A DNA stretch of 31,416 nucleotides from Candidatus Bathyarchaeum sp. (GCA_026014495.1 JAOZIF010000114.1:1-31416); one strand, 5' to 3'; positions 1-10,176 are shown, counted from the stretch's first letter. A program made the numbers and translations. Notes: generated from the sequence alone by a model not told the origin.

Positions 1-1207
1 AAAGCCCTCCTTGGCAACGTATTTTCATCTCTGCGCGGTTAGGTGCCAACCTCTTTATATGCGCCTCATATATGTACTTTTCTCGAACTAAGTCCGCCCT
101 TCGATGTAAAACACGTAGAGGCGTTTGCTGATGAATAGTAGATTTTGTTAATGTTTTCGATGCAGTTTTCAATTCTTCATCCAAAACATCTCTGTCAAAG
201 TCAATAAAAACCTTGTAAACTTTTGTTGCTCCCTCTGCCTTCTTCAACCGCTTGACATCATCTTTCTTCGCGAAACAAAGATTCAAAACCTCGACTTTAC
301 CTTGGGCTTGCCCATTGATTATATCTGAAAGATTCTGAAGGTTTATGAATCGCCTTTGAGGCCGTTTGACTTCGATAATAAAGGGCCTTCCTGGCCCCAG
401 CATCCGTGCGTCCACATCTTCTCGCCCAGCCGCATGAAACGCCACATCAGTGCCTCCCGTTTTCTCCAAAAGGGGACCTGCAACGATTTCTTCAACCGAC
501 TCTTGGTACATCTTACCTGTTCCGTTACATTTTGAGCATCCTTCGCCTCTGCAACTCTTACAGAACCATTTTGATTGTGGAATATCGCGAACAAGTTTTT
601 TGTATTCTCCTCGAACATACAAAGGATTAGATTGGACAATAATCTCTCCAGTGAATGGCCTAATGAGAACAACAACGTCAGGCTTTTTGTAGTCAGCAAG
701 TTTCTTTGTGGCCGTAACAATCTTTTTTCCGATTTCGCGACTGAATTCGTTACGCATACTTTCGCCATAGCCTACCTCAAAGCGTGCCTTAAATTCGTCT
801 TCTTTCTCCTCAACGGCTGTTGGCAACTCTATTCCAACCAGAAAGGTGGTATATTCGTAAGCTTCAAGCGCTTCCAAAGCGTTTTCAACTAGCACATCCA
901 CACTTTTGAAGAGGCCTTGACACAGATAGCAATCCCTCTTTTTTCTAGGTCTTTTTCTCATGTTTCTAAGTATTTCAGCAGCCATTTCAAAAGATCCATT
1001 CGCAGCTAAGAGCCTCAAAGTAGAAAACCCTGTTTTTTTGCCAGAAAGCGCTAGTTGATGATTTTTCATGGTTAAAAGTAGTTTCAGGGTTTCGCCTCGT
1101 TTGTTGTCATTCAAGCCATACCCAAGAAGAGCAAATTGTCTTCCTAAACAGTGATTGCACAAAGGTTGTGCTTCTAGCATTTCTTGCGCCTTTTTGAGTA
1201 GTTCCAC
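1..1207 (-). CDS. pus10: tRNA pseudouridine(54/55) synthase Pus10, 3' end runs off the window
   Basis: Hand translation from GTG at 1207: MELLKKAQEMLEAQPLCNHCLGRQF...CYLCQG...SNPLYVRGEYKKLVRDIPQSKW...FHAAGREDVDARMLGPGRPF...QQTPLRVLHRRADLVREK...IRCQGGL. The catalytic GREDVDARM motif is present. The tracked 343..768 ORF is an out-of-frame shadow. Confidence 0.95.
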   Translation of the reverse strand, partial: MELLKKAQEMLEAQPLCNHCLGRQFALLGYGLNDNKRGETLKLLLTMKNHQLALSGKKTGFSTLRLLAANGSFEMAAEILRNMRKRPRKKRDCYLCQGLFKSVDVLVENALEALEAYEYTTFLVGIELPTAVEEKEDEFKARFEVGYGESMRNEFSREIGKKIVTATKKLADYKKPDVVVLIRPFTGEIIVQSNPLYVRGEYKKLVRDIPQSKWFCKSCRGEGCSKCNGTGKMYQESVEEIVAGPLLEKTGGTDVAFHAAGREDVDARMLGPGRPFIIEVKRPQRRFINLQNLSDIINGQAQGKVEVLNLCFAKKDDVKRLKKAEGATKVYKVFIDFDRDVLDEELKTASKTLTKSTIHQQTPLRVLHRRADLVREKYIYEAHIKRLAPNRAEMKIRCQGGL

Positions 1208-1256
1208 GAAAATTCCTCAGGTTTATGGAAGTTCAAGATTTAGTTTCAGATTTTTT

Positions 1257-2582
1257 TCAGGCTGTGGGAAGACCTTTTCCGAAGAAGGGCATTCGCTTTC
1301 TTCTAAAGGTTTTCATCATTTTTTTCATATTATTATATTGTGAAAGGAGTTCTTTCACTTCTTTTTCTGTGGTACCAGATCCTCGTGCAACTCGACGGAT
1401 TCTGGATGATGAAAGAATTTTAGGTTTTTCTCTTTCTTTTGGCGTCATAGACTGAATTATTACACGCCATCTTTTGAGGGCATCCTCAGCCATGTTCATC
1501 TGATCGTCAGGAATATTGTAACCCATTCCAGGAATCATCTTCAAAAGACCTTTTAGAGGCCCCATTTTTTTCATAGATTCAAATTGTTCATACATGTCCG
1601 TTAGGGTGAATTTTCCGCTCATAAAGGCGCGAGCTTTTTTCTCAGGCACCTTCACCTCTGCGTCACGAACTTTATCAACAAGACTCTGAAGATCCCCCAT
1701 TCCCAACAATCTGCCTACAAATCTGGAGGGAACAAACGGCTCTATGTCACCAAGTTTTTCGCCTGAACTGATGAATTTTATAGGTGCTCCGATAGCAGCC
1801 ACCGCAGAAAGGGCGCCTCCTCCCCTAGCAGAACCATCAAGTTTCGAAACTAAAATGGACCCAATTGGAGTGGCGTCATGAAGCGCTTTAGCCTGTATCG
1901 CAGCTTGTTGACCGATGGTTCCATCAATTACCAAAATTGTTTCATTGGGCTTGATTACTTTCTCCAGCCGTTTCATCTCATCAATTAGGCCTTTCTCTTC
2001 TTTGTGGCGGCCAGCAGTATCTATTATAACAAGGTCATAAGTTTGAAATTCTTTCAAGCCTCTCAAGGCAATCTTTTCAGACTTCTTTTCTTTTGGCTCA
2101 CCATAAACAGGAATGTTTGCTCGGCTTGCCAGTTGTTTTAGTTGATCATAAGCCCCAGGTCTGTAAGTGTCAGTACAAACTAGTCCAGTTTTGAGACCTC
2201 TTTTTTGGAAGTATTTTGCTAGTTTTCCAGATGCAGTTGTTTTGCCTGAACCTTGGATTCCTACAAGCATTATAACCTTCTTTTTTCCGGGCTCCATCTT
2301 TATCGAGGCAGATTTTTCGCCCAAAAAACGGGTTAACTCTTCGTAAACCACTTTTACTACATGCTCTCTTCTAGAGACACCTGAAGGAACTTTCTCTTTG
2401 AGGGCACGCTCTTCAATTCGATTAGAAACTTCGAGAACCAGCTTGACATTAACGTCGGCTTGGAGTAGTGCACGCTGGATGTCGCGGACAAGCTCCTTTA
2501 CTGTTTTTTCGTCCATAACTGGCGCTCTGAAAACCTTCTTTAAAGCATCGTTGAGTGAGGAGCCGAGACGATCCAGAACCAT
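1257..2582 (-). CDS. srp54: Signal recognition particle protein SRP54
   Basis: NG domain (GIQGSGKTT, DTYRPGA, DTAGRH, SKLDGSARGGG) and Met-rich M domain (GKFTLTDMYEQ, SSRIRRVARGSG). Confidence 0.98.
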   Translation of the reverse strand: MVLDRLGSSLNDALKKVFRAPVMDEKTVKELVRDIQRALLQADVNVKLVLEVSNRIEERALKEKVPSGVSRREHVVKVVYEELTRFLGEKSASIKMEPGKKKVIMLVGIQGSGKTTASGKLAKYFQKRGLKTGLVCTDTYRPGAYDQLKQLASRANIPVYGEPKEKKSEKIALRGLKEFQTYDLVIIDTAGRHKEEKGLIDEMKRLEKVIKPNETILVIDGTIGQQAAIQAKALHDATPIGSILVSKLDGSARGGGALSAVAAIGAPIKFISSGEKLGDIEPFVPSRFVGRLLGMGDLQSLVDKVRDAEVKVPEKKARAFMSGKFTLTDMYEQFESMKKMGPLKGLLKMIPGMGYNIPDDQMNMAEDALKRWRVIIQSMTPKEREKPKILSSSRIRRVARGSGTTEKEVKELLSQYNNMKKMMKTFRRKRMPFFGKGLPTA

Positions 2583-3081
2583 GATTTTTCTCCCACTTAA
2601 AAAAACAGATTTGCCTTTTATAGGTATTTAGTTTGTAGCATAATTCTGTTCTCGTAGTTAAAGATATTTATTCGCAGAAGAACCTGAATTTGTTTTCGTT
2701 TACTTGGATTAAACAAAAAAATTGAAAGATAAAAGTGCAATCCAAGCTAGAGGCCAAAATGGTTTCTAGTTTTTCCAGAAACAGGATTCAACAAGTTCTG
2801 TCCGTACACGGTTCTAATGGGTGTGTGAACTTTAGGAGGGAAAAGTGTGCGGTGCTGAAAAATTCAGAAAAAACCTAGTTTTCAACAATGAACTGCTATT
2901 AGTCTCCTAATATGCGTGATAAATGTGTGAATAAATAAATAGTAACTAACGTGTTGGTTTTTTGGGATTTTAGTTGTTGTTTTAGAAAATACAGGCTGTA
3001 AGTGTGATTTTTTAGTTTAGACGGAATGAAAAGTCTTAAACTAGTCTTTTGAGAGATATCCTAATTGAAGGGGAATGAATT

Positions 3082-3825
3082 TTGTCGGAATCAGTTAAAA
3101 TTGTAGAGAATAAACCAATACCCTCTGACGCTACAATGCTGATTGGATTGCCTGACGTGGGACTTGTAGGTCTCATAGCAACATCCTATTTAATAACTGA
3201 ACTCAACTTGGAAGAGATAGCGTACATGGACTCGGATTTGCTTCCGCCAGTTGTTGTCTTACACGATGGACTACCCCACGCGCCTCTACGAATCTACGGA
3301 AACAAAAACCTGATCGCCGTTATATCAGAGCTGGCGGTTCCAGCACCAGCCGTATACACGGTAATGCGAGAACTTGTTGATTGGGCACAAATCAAGAAAA
3401 TCAAAACAATTCTTTCCATGGGTGGAATACCTGTAGAAAACAGGCAGTCAATTAAAGAACCTGAAGTTTTTGCCGCTGCCTCTAACCAAGAACTGCTTAA
3501 CACTTTAACAAAAAATGGGTTAAAAACTATGAAAGAAGGCTACATAGTTGGACCCCAAGCACTTAGCATGCGATACAGTCTAAACAAAAAGATGCAGGCG
3601 GTAGCAATTTTGGCTCAATCATTTTACAATTATCCTGACCCACAAGCAGCAGCTATGGTGTTAAAGGAGCTTTCAAAGATTTCAGACATAAAAGTTGATG
3701 TTTCAAAGCTTCTTGAAAAAGGGGAAGAAATTCGATTAAAAGCCAGAGATATGATGAAACGCACTCAACAGGAAATGAATAGAATGCAAAAAACGCAGGA
3801 ATATGACCTTCCATTATACGTTTAG
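3082..3825 (+). CDS. PAC2-family proteasome assembly chaperone (PbaA/PbaB-like) with C-terminal HbYX motif
   Basis: GLPDVGLVGLIA, LRIYG, ILSMGG and YPDPQAA motifs; ends in LYV; TTG start. Confidence 0.9.
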   Translation: MSESVKIVENKPIPSDATMLIGLPDVGLVGLIATSYLITELNLEEIAYMDSDLLPPVVVLHDGLPHAPLRIYGNKNLIAVISELAVPAPAVYTVMRELVDWAQIKKIKTILSMGGIPVENRQSIKEPEVFAAASNQELLNTLTKNGLKTMKEGYIVGPQALSMRYSLNKKMQAVAILAQSFYNYPDPQAAAMVLKELSKISDIKVDVSKLLEKGEEIRLKARDMMKRTQQEMNRMQKTQEYDLPLYV

Positions 3826-3838
3826 AGGAGAAGAGAAC

Positions 3839-4282
3839 ATGTCAGATAAACGTAAAACGCTTTCAAGCTTTGACGAGATGGAAAAATACATTGAGGAAAT
3901 CGAGGCTTTGGCTAATGAACTTGTGGCATCAGCGTTTCCTGAAGGTCCAAGCTGGAACACGGAAACTTGTTGTCTCCATGCGCTCTCTAACGTCTTCATA
4001 ACTCCCAGAGAAGTTATTGTCACAGCGGATCTTCCAAACATTGAACCTGAAACGGTGAAGGTTGAAGCCGTGGATGAAAACCTCATTGAGATTACTGCTA
4101 AAATGAAGAAAAAAGTGCGGTTCGCCGATTTGGGAGTCTGTCATAGGCAGGGAGAGTTTTCGTTCTTACGTTGCAAAGGTCGCATAAATGTGGCTATTGA
4201 CGCAGAAAACATGACAATCTCTTGTGAAGAAGGCATCCTAGAGGTGCGGTTTCCTAGAAAAAAGATGCATAAAATCGAGTAG
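3839..4282 (+). CDS. hsp20: Hsp20/alpha-crystallin small heat-shock protein
   Basis: VIVTADLPNIEPETVKV and EEGILEVRFPR crystallin motifs; ATG at 3839 follows GAGGAG (the ORF track starts at 3803). Confidence 0.85.
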   Translation: MSDKRKTLSSFDEMEKYIEEIEALANELVASAFPEGPSWNTETCCLHALSNVFITPREVIVTADLPNIEPETVKVEAVDENLIEITAKMKKKVRFADLGVCHRQGEFSFLRCKGRINVAIDAENMTISCEEGILEVRFPRKKMHKIE

Positions 4283-4370
4283 AGTAAACGAAGAGGTAAC
4301 TAAAGGTTTAGTCACAAATAGACTGCACGCTTTTTTGGTTGCTGGAATATCTAAAAGGCAAGTTTGATTG

Positions 4371-5321
4371 CTAATTGTTCTTTTCGAGGGCTTCCAGTGC
4401 TGAAGCAACAATCAACGGAAAAGCTATGGTAACGTCGCAGATGACTGTTACCTCTTTTCCTTCAGGCTTTACTTTCCCCCAGCTTATTGCTTCTTTTAAA
4501 GTAGCGCCACTTAATCCTCCAGGTTCTGGACGATCCATTGTTATTTGTATTGCACGGTCGACACCTTCTCGGAAAGTGTTAGCAAAAAGTGCATAATGTT
4601 TGGGCCAGCCGCCACCCAAGATAATCATTCCTACTTTTTTGGCGTCATAAACGATGTCTACGATTGTGTGAGTGTCAAGAAGGGGGTCAAGTCTGAGTTT
4701 TTTGTCTTGTCCATACATCCACATGTGAAAACCAGCAATCGAGTCAACTAAGCCAGGACTTATTATGGGAACCCCTTTCTTTGCTGCGGTAGCGAGTATC
4801 GAGTTTGGGTCGGAAATATTTTTTCCTATTTCACAAAGAAGGTCAGTTGTGGATATGCGTTCTCTCTTTTTTTCAGGAATACTTTCGAGGACTTTATATA
4901 TCCAAGATTCTAAGCCCTTGAAGGCATCCTGCTCGATGAATATGTCGCCTATTCGTCCAATGTCTTTGTCTTTAAGGTCTTCATCTTCCGCAAGAAAACT
5001 GCCTATCCAGTGACGGTGACCAAGAGATTCCACCATATCATGCACCATATTCGCTCCAGTTGTCACAATTGCGTTGACGTATTCTTGGTCTATCAGGTCT
5101 TTGATTATCTGTCTCATGCCCCCAGGAACTAAAGGACCAGCCAAAGTCAAAAACACAGTGTAATCTTTGTCATTAAACATCTCTGTTACAATTTCTGCTG
5201 CCTTACCGATGTTTCCAGCGCCAAGCACCCCACATTTGTTCATTTCAGAAACAAGAGCGCCAACGGTTAAGCCACCATTCAGTTGAATATGCTTTACGCC
5301 TTTCAAGTCTTCCCGCCACAA
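4371..5321 (-). CDS. dys: Deoxyhypusine synthase
   Basis: TTGANMVHD, RIGDI, IILGGGWPKHY and PGGLSGATLKEAISWGK motifs; lies next to aIF5A. Confidence 0.96.
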   Translation of the reverse strand: MWREDLKGVKHIQLNGGLTVGALVSEMNKCGVLGAGNIGKAAEIVTEMFNDKDYTVFLTLAGPLVPGGMRQIIKDLIDQEYVNAIVTTGANMVHDMVESLGHRHWIGSFLAEDEDLKDKDIGRIGDIFIEQDAFKGLESWIYKVLESIPEKKRERISTTDLLCEIGKNISDPNSILATAAKKGVPIISPGLVDSIAGFHMWMYGQDKKLRLDPLLDTHTIVDIVYDAKKVGMIILGGGWPKHYALFANTFREGVDRAIQITMDRPEPGGLSGATLKEAISWGKVKPEGKEVTVICDVTIAFPLIVASALEALEKNN

Positions 5322-5400
5322 TTACAAGTACATAAAGTTGCAGTTAGTGTTTTAAAGGTAGTTGAAGAGACCAGAAAAGTTCTGGCCAGAAAATTAGGGT

Positions 5401-5796
5401 TTAGCCTTTTGTTCGGGTTATTCTGGTTCTACCTAGAATTTGCCAGTACTCAACTTCAACGCCAGAAGTCAATTTAGCTTTTAAGTCTTCATCATCAGGA
5501 TAAGGTGATTCAGTCATCTCATAGGTTTCCAAGTCCATCAACTGAACTACAGAGGGCAACAACGCAATAACTTGTCCAGTTTTTTTCTCTATGAGCGGAA
5601 CATCAACCTGTGCACTTACAGGCTTAACAATTGTCTTTTTTGTTTCGTCAAAAACACTTATGGCTACGATTCGTGCCTTTGCGGCGCCATGTTTCCCAGG
5701 TTTCGATTTACTATAGCTCACTATTTTGCATGGAGCATCGTCAATAATTATGTAACTACCAACTCGTAGGGAACCCACATCCGAAGGTTTGCTCAT
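5401..5796 (-). CDS. eif5a: Translation factor aIF5A (eIF5A)
   Basis: SKPGKHGAAK hypusination motif; likely start MSKPSD at 5796 (the ORF track starts at 5832). Confidence 0.97.
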   Translation of the reverse strand: MSKPSDVGSLRVGSYIIIDDAPCKIVSYSKSKPGKHGAAKARIVAISVFDETKKTIVKPVSAQVDVPLIEKKTGQVIALLPSVVQLMDLETYEMTESPYPDDEDLKAKLTSGVEVEYWQILGRTRITRTKG

Positions 5797-6043
5797 GATA
5801 TCCAGTTCTCCTGATAGAAGAATTTCACGCATTTCTCTGTTAATAATCTATCGCCTAAAAATAACATCAATTATAATCAGAACCGTTAGTAACGTAAAAT
5901 AGCAAGTTTCACGTTTTTGTATTAGGTGTAAACCGCAACAATGCTATCTTCTTGTGGGAAACCAGAAACGCTGAATACCACGAGATTAAGGCAGACTAAA
6001 ACAAGGCAGTTACAAATAGTAGTTTGATTTCAAGAGGCACAAA

Positions 6044-6568
6044 GTGTTGAAAGAAAAAGCAATAGTTCTGGATACTTCAGCATTCATAGCAGGTTTTGAT
6101 CCTCTTGCAGTTCCAGAGAAACAATACACGGTTCTTGAGGTTAAAAATGAGCTTAATTCAGGTACTATGCCTTGGATGCGCTTCAATGCAGCAATCGAAA
6201 GTGGGAAAGTCAGGATTCTAAAGCCGAAAGAATCAAGGGTTCAAGAGGTCCTGGAAGCGTCCAAAAAGGTTGGAGACATGCGTTACCTTTCTGAGGCTGA
6301 TTTGCAGGTTCTAGCATTAGCCTTGGAACTGAAGGGAAGGGGCTTAAACGCATTAATTGTCACTGATGATTATTCGATACAAAATGTAGCTAACAAGATA
6401 GGTGTAGAATTTACGTCGTTAATGACGTTTGGAATAAAGTTTAGGTTCAAATGGATTCTATACTGCCCTGCATGCTACCGAAAGTACCCAGCAGATTGCA
6501 AGATTGAATTGTGTGAAGTGTGTGGAACGGAACTTAAACGCAAGCCAAAGAAAAAGTCGCACCTATGA
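6044..6568 (+). CDS. nob1: Nob1-family PIN endonuclease (rRNA maturation)
   Basis: VLDTSAF, LSEADLQVLALA and TDDYSIQNVA PIN motifs, plus a C-terminal CPAC...CEVCG zinc ribbon. Confidence 0.93.
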   Translation: MLKEKAIVLDTSAFIAGFDPLAVPEKQYTVLEVKNELNSGTMPWMRFNAAIESGKVRILKPKESRVQEVLEASKKVGDMRYLSEADLQVLALALELKGRGLNALIVTDDYSIQNVANKIGVEFTSLMTFGIKFRFKWILYCPACYRKYPADCKIELCEVCGTELKRKPKKKSHL

Positions 6569-6582
6569 ACCCCAAAGTAAAA

Positions 6583-6695
6583 TGGCGCCGGGGAAGGGAT
6601 TTGAACCCTTGTGGCGCCAAGCACCACCGGTTGTCTTTTGACCCACATAATTGAGTCGTTTCGAGACCGGCACATTACCGCTCTGTCACCCCGGC
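6583..6695 (-). tRNA. tRNA-Ser(CGA) with 27-nt intron at position 37/38 (6633-6659) and encoded CCA
   Basis: Acceptor stem GCCGGGG/CCCCGGC, G73, CCA; anticodon stem CCGGT/ACCGG around CT-CGA-A|A; long variable arm GGTGC/GCGCC; T-loop TTCAAAT. Confidence 0.95.
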
Positions 6696-6765
6696 AACCA
6701 AAAGGTGTAGAGTTTGTTTTCACTTAAAAGCGCTTTTGCCAAAAAATTTGTAAACAAGAGCAAGG

Positions 6766-8325
6766 TTAACTAAAGCACACATCTAGGCGTTCTTCTAGTT
6801 GCTGAAAGCGTATGTGTTTTAGCCAGTTTTTGTCATCAGTTGCTGGATAGTCTGTTCGGTAATGGGTTCCTCTGCTTTCTTTTCGGGTTTGAGCAGCTTT
6901 TGTTATTAGGTTAGCAACGGTTGTCATATTTTTTAGTTCAAGAAAACGCGTGTTTACTCCATTTTTGCCAATAGTAACTAATCTTGTGTTAAGTTTTTCC
7001 AATTTACTAAGCATCAATTGCATTTGCTCGTTGTTACGAATTATTCCAACGTAATCCCACATCGCCTTTCTAAGGTCTGCCTTAAGATAGTTTAATTCTT
7101 GAGTTTCTATGTTAGAAAACACGGTTTCTTTTTGACTCGTCGTCTTAACCTTGTTTTTAAGATAATTTTTCGCTTTTTGTGCACCTAAAGACGAGAAAAC
7201 CACAGATTCCAACAATGAGTTACTAGCAAGTCTGTTAGCTCCATGTACTCCAGTGCAGGTGCATTCGCCAAACGCTAATAAATTAGCGATAGTAGTTTGT
7301 CCATATTCGTTTGTTTTAATGCCGCCGCAAAGATAGTGTGCGGCAGGAGACACAGGAATTAGGTCTTCTGTAATATCTAGATCATATTTTAAGCATTCTT
7401 GATGAATCATTGGAAAACGGTCCAAAACGAAGCTTTTGCCTTTATGACGAATGTCTAAGTAAACAGCCCCATTCTTGAGCTCGTTGAAGATTGTTCTCGC
7501 TATGATGTCACGCGGAGCAAGTTCACCCATGCTATCATAAGCTAACATGAAACGTTTCCCTGCTTCATTCACAAGAATTGCTCCTTCACCACGAAGAGCT
7601 TCTGAAATCAAAAAATGTGGAGCTCCAAGTTTATTCAATGTTGTAGGATGAAACTGAACAAACTCCATATCCTCAAGTTTAGCGCCAGCCCTGAGTGCCA
7701 TTGCTATTCCGTCGCCAGTAGCGATTTCAGGGTTTGTTGTATTCTGATAAATGTAGCCAACACCGCCAGTGGCAAGTATGGTTGCGCGCGCAAAGATGTC
7801 ACATACGTCTCTTTTTTTTATGTCAAGTATCTTTGCTCCAATACATTCGGCCTGATTTAAGAGGAGGTCTATTGCAAAACAGTCCTCGAAAACTTCAATG
7901 TCCTTGTTTTCGCGGACGCTTTCAGTCATTGCCTGTTCTATCTCTCGTCCAGTTGAATCGCCAGAATGGAGCACCCGTGCCATGCTGTGTCCGCCTTCTG
8001 TAGTCAAATGAAGCTCATCATTTTCTTTATCGAAGCTTACTCCGAAAGAAAGTAGACTCTTGATTGCTTCTGGACCTTGTTCAGCAAGGAGTTTTACGAT
8101 ACGCTTGTTTGATAAGCCAGAGCCAACAGTTAATGTGTCTTTGATGTGTAGTTGAACAGAGTCTCCTTTTTGGGTTACTGCAGCGATTCCGCCTTGAGCA
8201 AGGTTAGTGTTAGATTCCATTATTTCTTTTTTTGTTACAATGATTACTTTTCCATATTTAGCAATCTTTAGAGCAAAATTAAGTCCTGCTATGCCGCTTC
8301 CAACGATTAGAAAATCGGTTTTCAA
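6766..8325 (-). CDS. nadB: L-aspartate oxidase
   Basis: GSGIAG FAD motif, SNTNLAQGGIAA, EFVQFHPT, GVHGANRLASNSLLE and ESRGTHYR. Confidence 0.97.
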   Translation of the reverse strand: MKTDFLIVGSGIAGLNFALKIAKYGKVIIVTKKEIMESNTNLAQGGIAAVTQKGDSVQLHIKDTLTVGSGLSNKRIVKLLAEQGPEAIKSLLSFGVSFDKENDELHLTTEGGHSMARVLHSGDSTGREIEQAMTESVRENKDIEVFEDCFAIDLLLNQAECIGAKILDIKKRDVCDIFARATILATGGVGYIYQNTTNPEIATGDGIAMALRAGAKLEDMEFVQFHPTTLNKLGAPHFLISEALRGEGAILVNEAGKRFMLAYDSMGELAPRDIIARTIFNELKNGAVYLDIRHKGKSFVLDRFPMIHQECLKYDLDITEDLIPVSPAAHYLCGGIKTNEYGQTTIANLLAFGECTCTGVHGANRLASNSLLESVVFSSLGAQKAKNYLKNKVKTTSQKETVFSNIETQELNYLKADLRKAMWDYVGIIRNNEQMQLMLSKLEKLNTRLVTIGKNGVNTRFLELKNMTTVANLITKAAQTRKESRGTHYRTDYPATDDKNWLKHIRFQQLEERLDVCFS

Positions 8326-9278
8326 AGCTTCATCTCCAAGCTCATATCCAAGACCTTGGCAGAGTGTGTTAGATAACCTAAAGACAAAACATCGATTCCA
8401 GTTCTAGCATACGCTTGTATGTTTTCGGGTGTTATTTTACCAGAAGCCTCCAAAAGCACAGAATCATAAAGGTTCAAGTCACGAAGAGTCTCAAGAGTTT
8501 GTTCAATTTCTGTAGGTGTCATATTGTCAAGCAGTACAACACAAGGCGTTTTCAACTGTAAATTTTTGAATTTTGTTGCCGCCCTTACAGCTTCTTCGTG
8601 GGAGGTTACTTCAAGTTCTATGAAACCAACTCTATCTGCAAAAGCAGAGGCCCTAGCGATTGCGGATTCAATATAATCTGCTATGCCCGCGCTTTTCAGG
8701 ACTTCAAGATGGTTATCTTTAATCAAGATGGAATCCCAGAGCCCAAAACGGTGAGTTAAACCTCCACCCAAAAAGACTGCTTTTTTGTCAAAGTATCTCA
8801 AAAGTGTCTTTCGGGTTGCAGCTATTTTTGTAGCATATCCGTTTATAGAATCGGTTAAACGTTTAGTTTCTGTGGCTATCCCTGAAATTCTCTGCAAAAC
8901 ATTCAAAACTATTCTCTCTGTCGCCAAGATGTCTTTTTGTTTACCTTGAATTGTAAGAATTGTTTCTCCCTTTAGGATGTTTTGTCCATCTTTTGCGTGA
9001 ACTTTTACGTCTAAGCAACGTTTCAGAAGAAACCAGTTTACCTCTTCGAGTCCTCCAATGACTCCTGACGCTTTGGAATTCAAAAACGCTGTTCTAGACG
9101 TGTTTTTTGTTAGAACTGCATTACTGGTTACATCTCCAGCTCCAACATCATCAGTATATTCCCTAGCAAAAAAAGCTTCTAGCCAGCCAAAATAGTGTTT
9201 ATTATTTAAATTGAGTTCCTGTCCTTTTTGGTAGGCTAATTCAACAAATTTTCGCCTGTCCAAGACATCAAGCCACAT
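8322..9278 (-). CDS. nadC: Quinolinate phosphoribosyltransferase
   Basis: GDVTS, TERIVLNVLQRISGIAT, TRKT, HRFGL, ILIKDNH, LLDNM and EASG motifs. Confidence 0.96.
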   Translation of the reverse strand: MWLDVLDRRKFVELAYQKGQELNLNNKHYFGWLEAFFAREYTDDVGAGDVTSNAVLTKNTSRTAFLNSKASGVIGGLEEVNWFLLKRCLDVKVHAKDGQNILKGETILTIQGKQKDILATERIVLNVLQRISGIATETKRLTDSINGYATKIAATRKTLLRYFDKKAVFLGGGLTHRFGLWDSILIKDNHLEVLKSAGIADYIESAIARASAFADRVGFIELEVTSHEEAVRAATKFKNLQLKTPCVVLLDNMTPTEIEQTLETLRDLNLYDSVLLEASGKITPENIQAYARTGIDVLSLGYLTHSAKVLDMSLEMKL

Positions 9279-10176
9279 CTAACATTCTATCCAGAGCCTT
9301 TTTAGCCCTGACCCTTATATCTTCTGGAACTTTGACCGTAAACTGCTCATTCTTTAAAGAATCCAAAACAAGTGGCAAGGTAATCTTCTTCATTTGAAGA
9401 CAAGTCCCCCCAGGAGGTGCTTGAAAAAACACTTTTTCTGGAAACTCGAGCCTCAACCGCTCAACCACACCAATCTCCGTGGCGATAATGAACGTTTTAT
9501 CTGGACTTTGTCTAACATAGTTAACCATACCAGTTGTGCTAAAAACTTCATCAGCCAAATCAACAACAGCGGAAATACATTCGGGATGAACCAAAACTTT
9601 TGCATCTAAATGAATTTCTTTTGCGCGAAGAATACCCTCGGGAGAAAATTTTTGATGAACATAACACCACCCACTCCACGGAATAATTTTCTTAGCAGTA
9701 TTTCGCATCACATAATGTGCCAAATTAGAATCAGGCACAAAGATGACTTCGTCTTCCTCTAAAGAATTAACCACTTTTACGGCGTTTGCGCTAGTGCAAC
9801 AAATGTCCGATTCAGCCTTAACAGCCGCGGTTGTATTAACATAACTCACAACAGCAGCTTCAGGATGCTTTGCCTTAATTTTTCGCAAACCATCAACATC
9901 AACCATAGCCGCCATCGGACAGTTAGCCAACCTAGTTGGAATCAACACTGTTTTTTCAGGATTCAAAATATAAGCAGATTCAGCCATAAAGTCAACACCA
10001 CAAAAAACGATAATGTCTGCATCAGTTTCTGTTGCCTTTTTGCTCAATCCATAAGAATCGCCAATAAAATCTGCAACATCATAGATTTCTGGTCGCTGAT
10101 AGATATGCGCCAAAATTACAGCATTTTTCTCTTTTTTCAGCGCCTTTATTTTTTCAATTATATCCCGTCTGTCCAT
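9268..10176 (-). CDS. nadA: Quinolinate synthase (4Fe-4S)
   Basis: ILAHIYQ, FCGVDFMAE, CPMA, YVNT, CYVH, HPEC and CLQMK motifs. Confidence 0.97.
   Translation of the reverse strand: MDRRDIIEKIKALKKEKNAVILAHIYQRPEIYDVADFIGDSYGLSKKATETDADIIVFCGVDFMAESAYILNPEKTVLIPTRLANCPMAAMVDVDGLRKIKAKHPEAAVVSYVNTTAAVKAESDICCTSANAVKVVNSLEEDEVIFVPDSNLAHYVMRNTAKKIIPWSGWCYVHQKFSPEGILRAKEIHLDAKVLVHPECISAVVDLADEVFSTTGMVNYVRQSPDKTFIIATEIGVVERLRLEFPEKVFFQAPPGGTCLQMKKITLPLVLDSLKNEQFTVKVPEDIRVRAKKALDRMLDVA

Noticed and set aside
343-892. Tracked ORFs 343..768(-), 406..630(+), 450..692(+) and 575..892(+)
   Set aside because: All are shadows of pus10, which occupies another minus frame with clear catalytic motifs.
2583-3081. 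SRP RNA or another structured ncRNA beside srp54
   Set aside because: The spacer is AT-rich with no long GC-rich helices and no C/D box pair that I could support.
6583-6766. tRNA as an integration site of an island
   Set aside because: No duplicated tRNA 3' end or integrase was seen, and the flanks are core genes.
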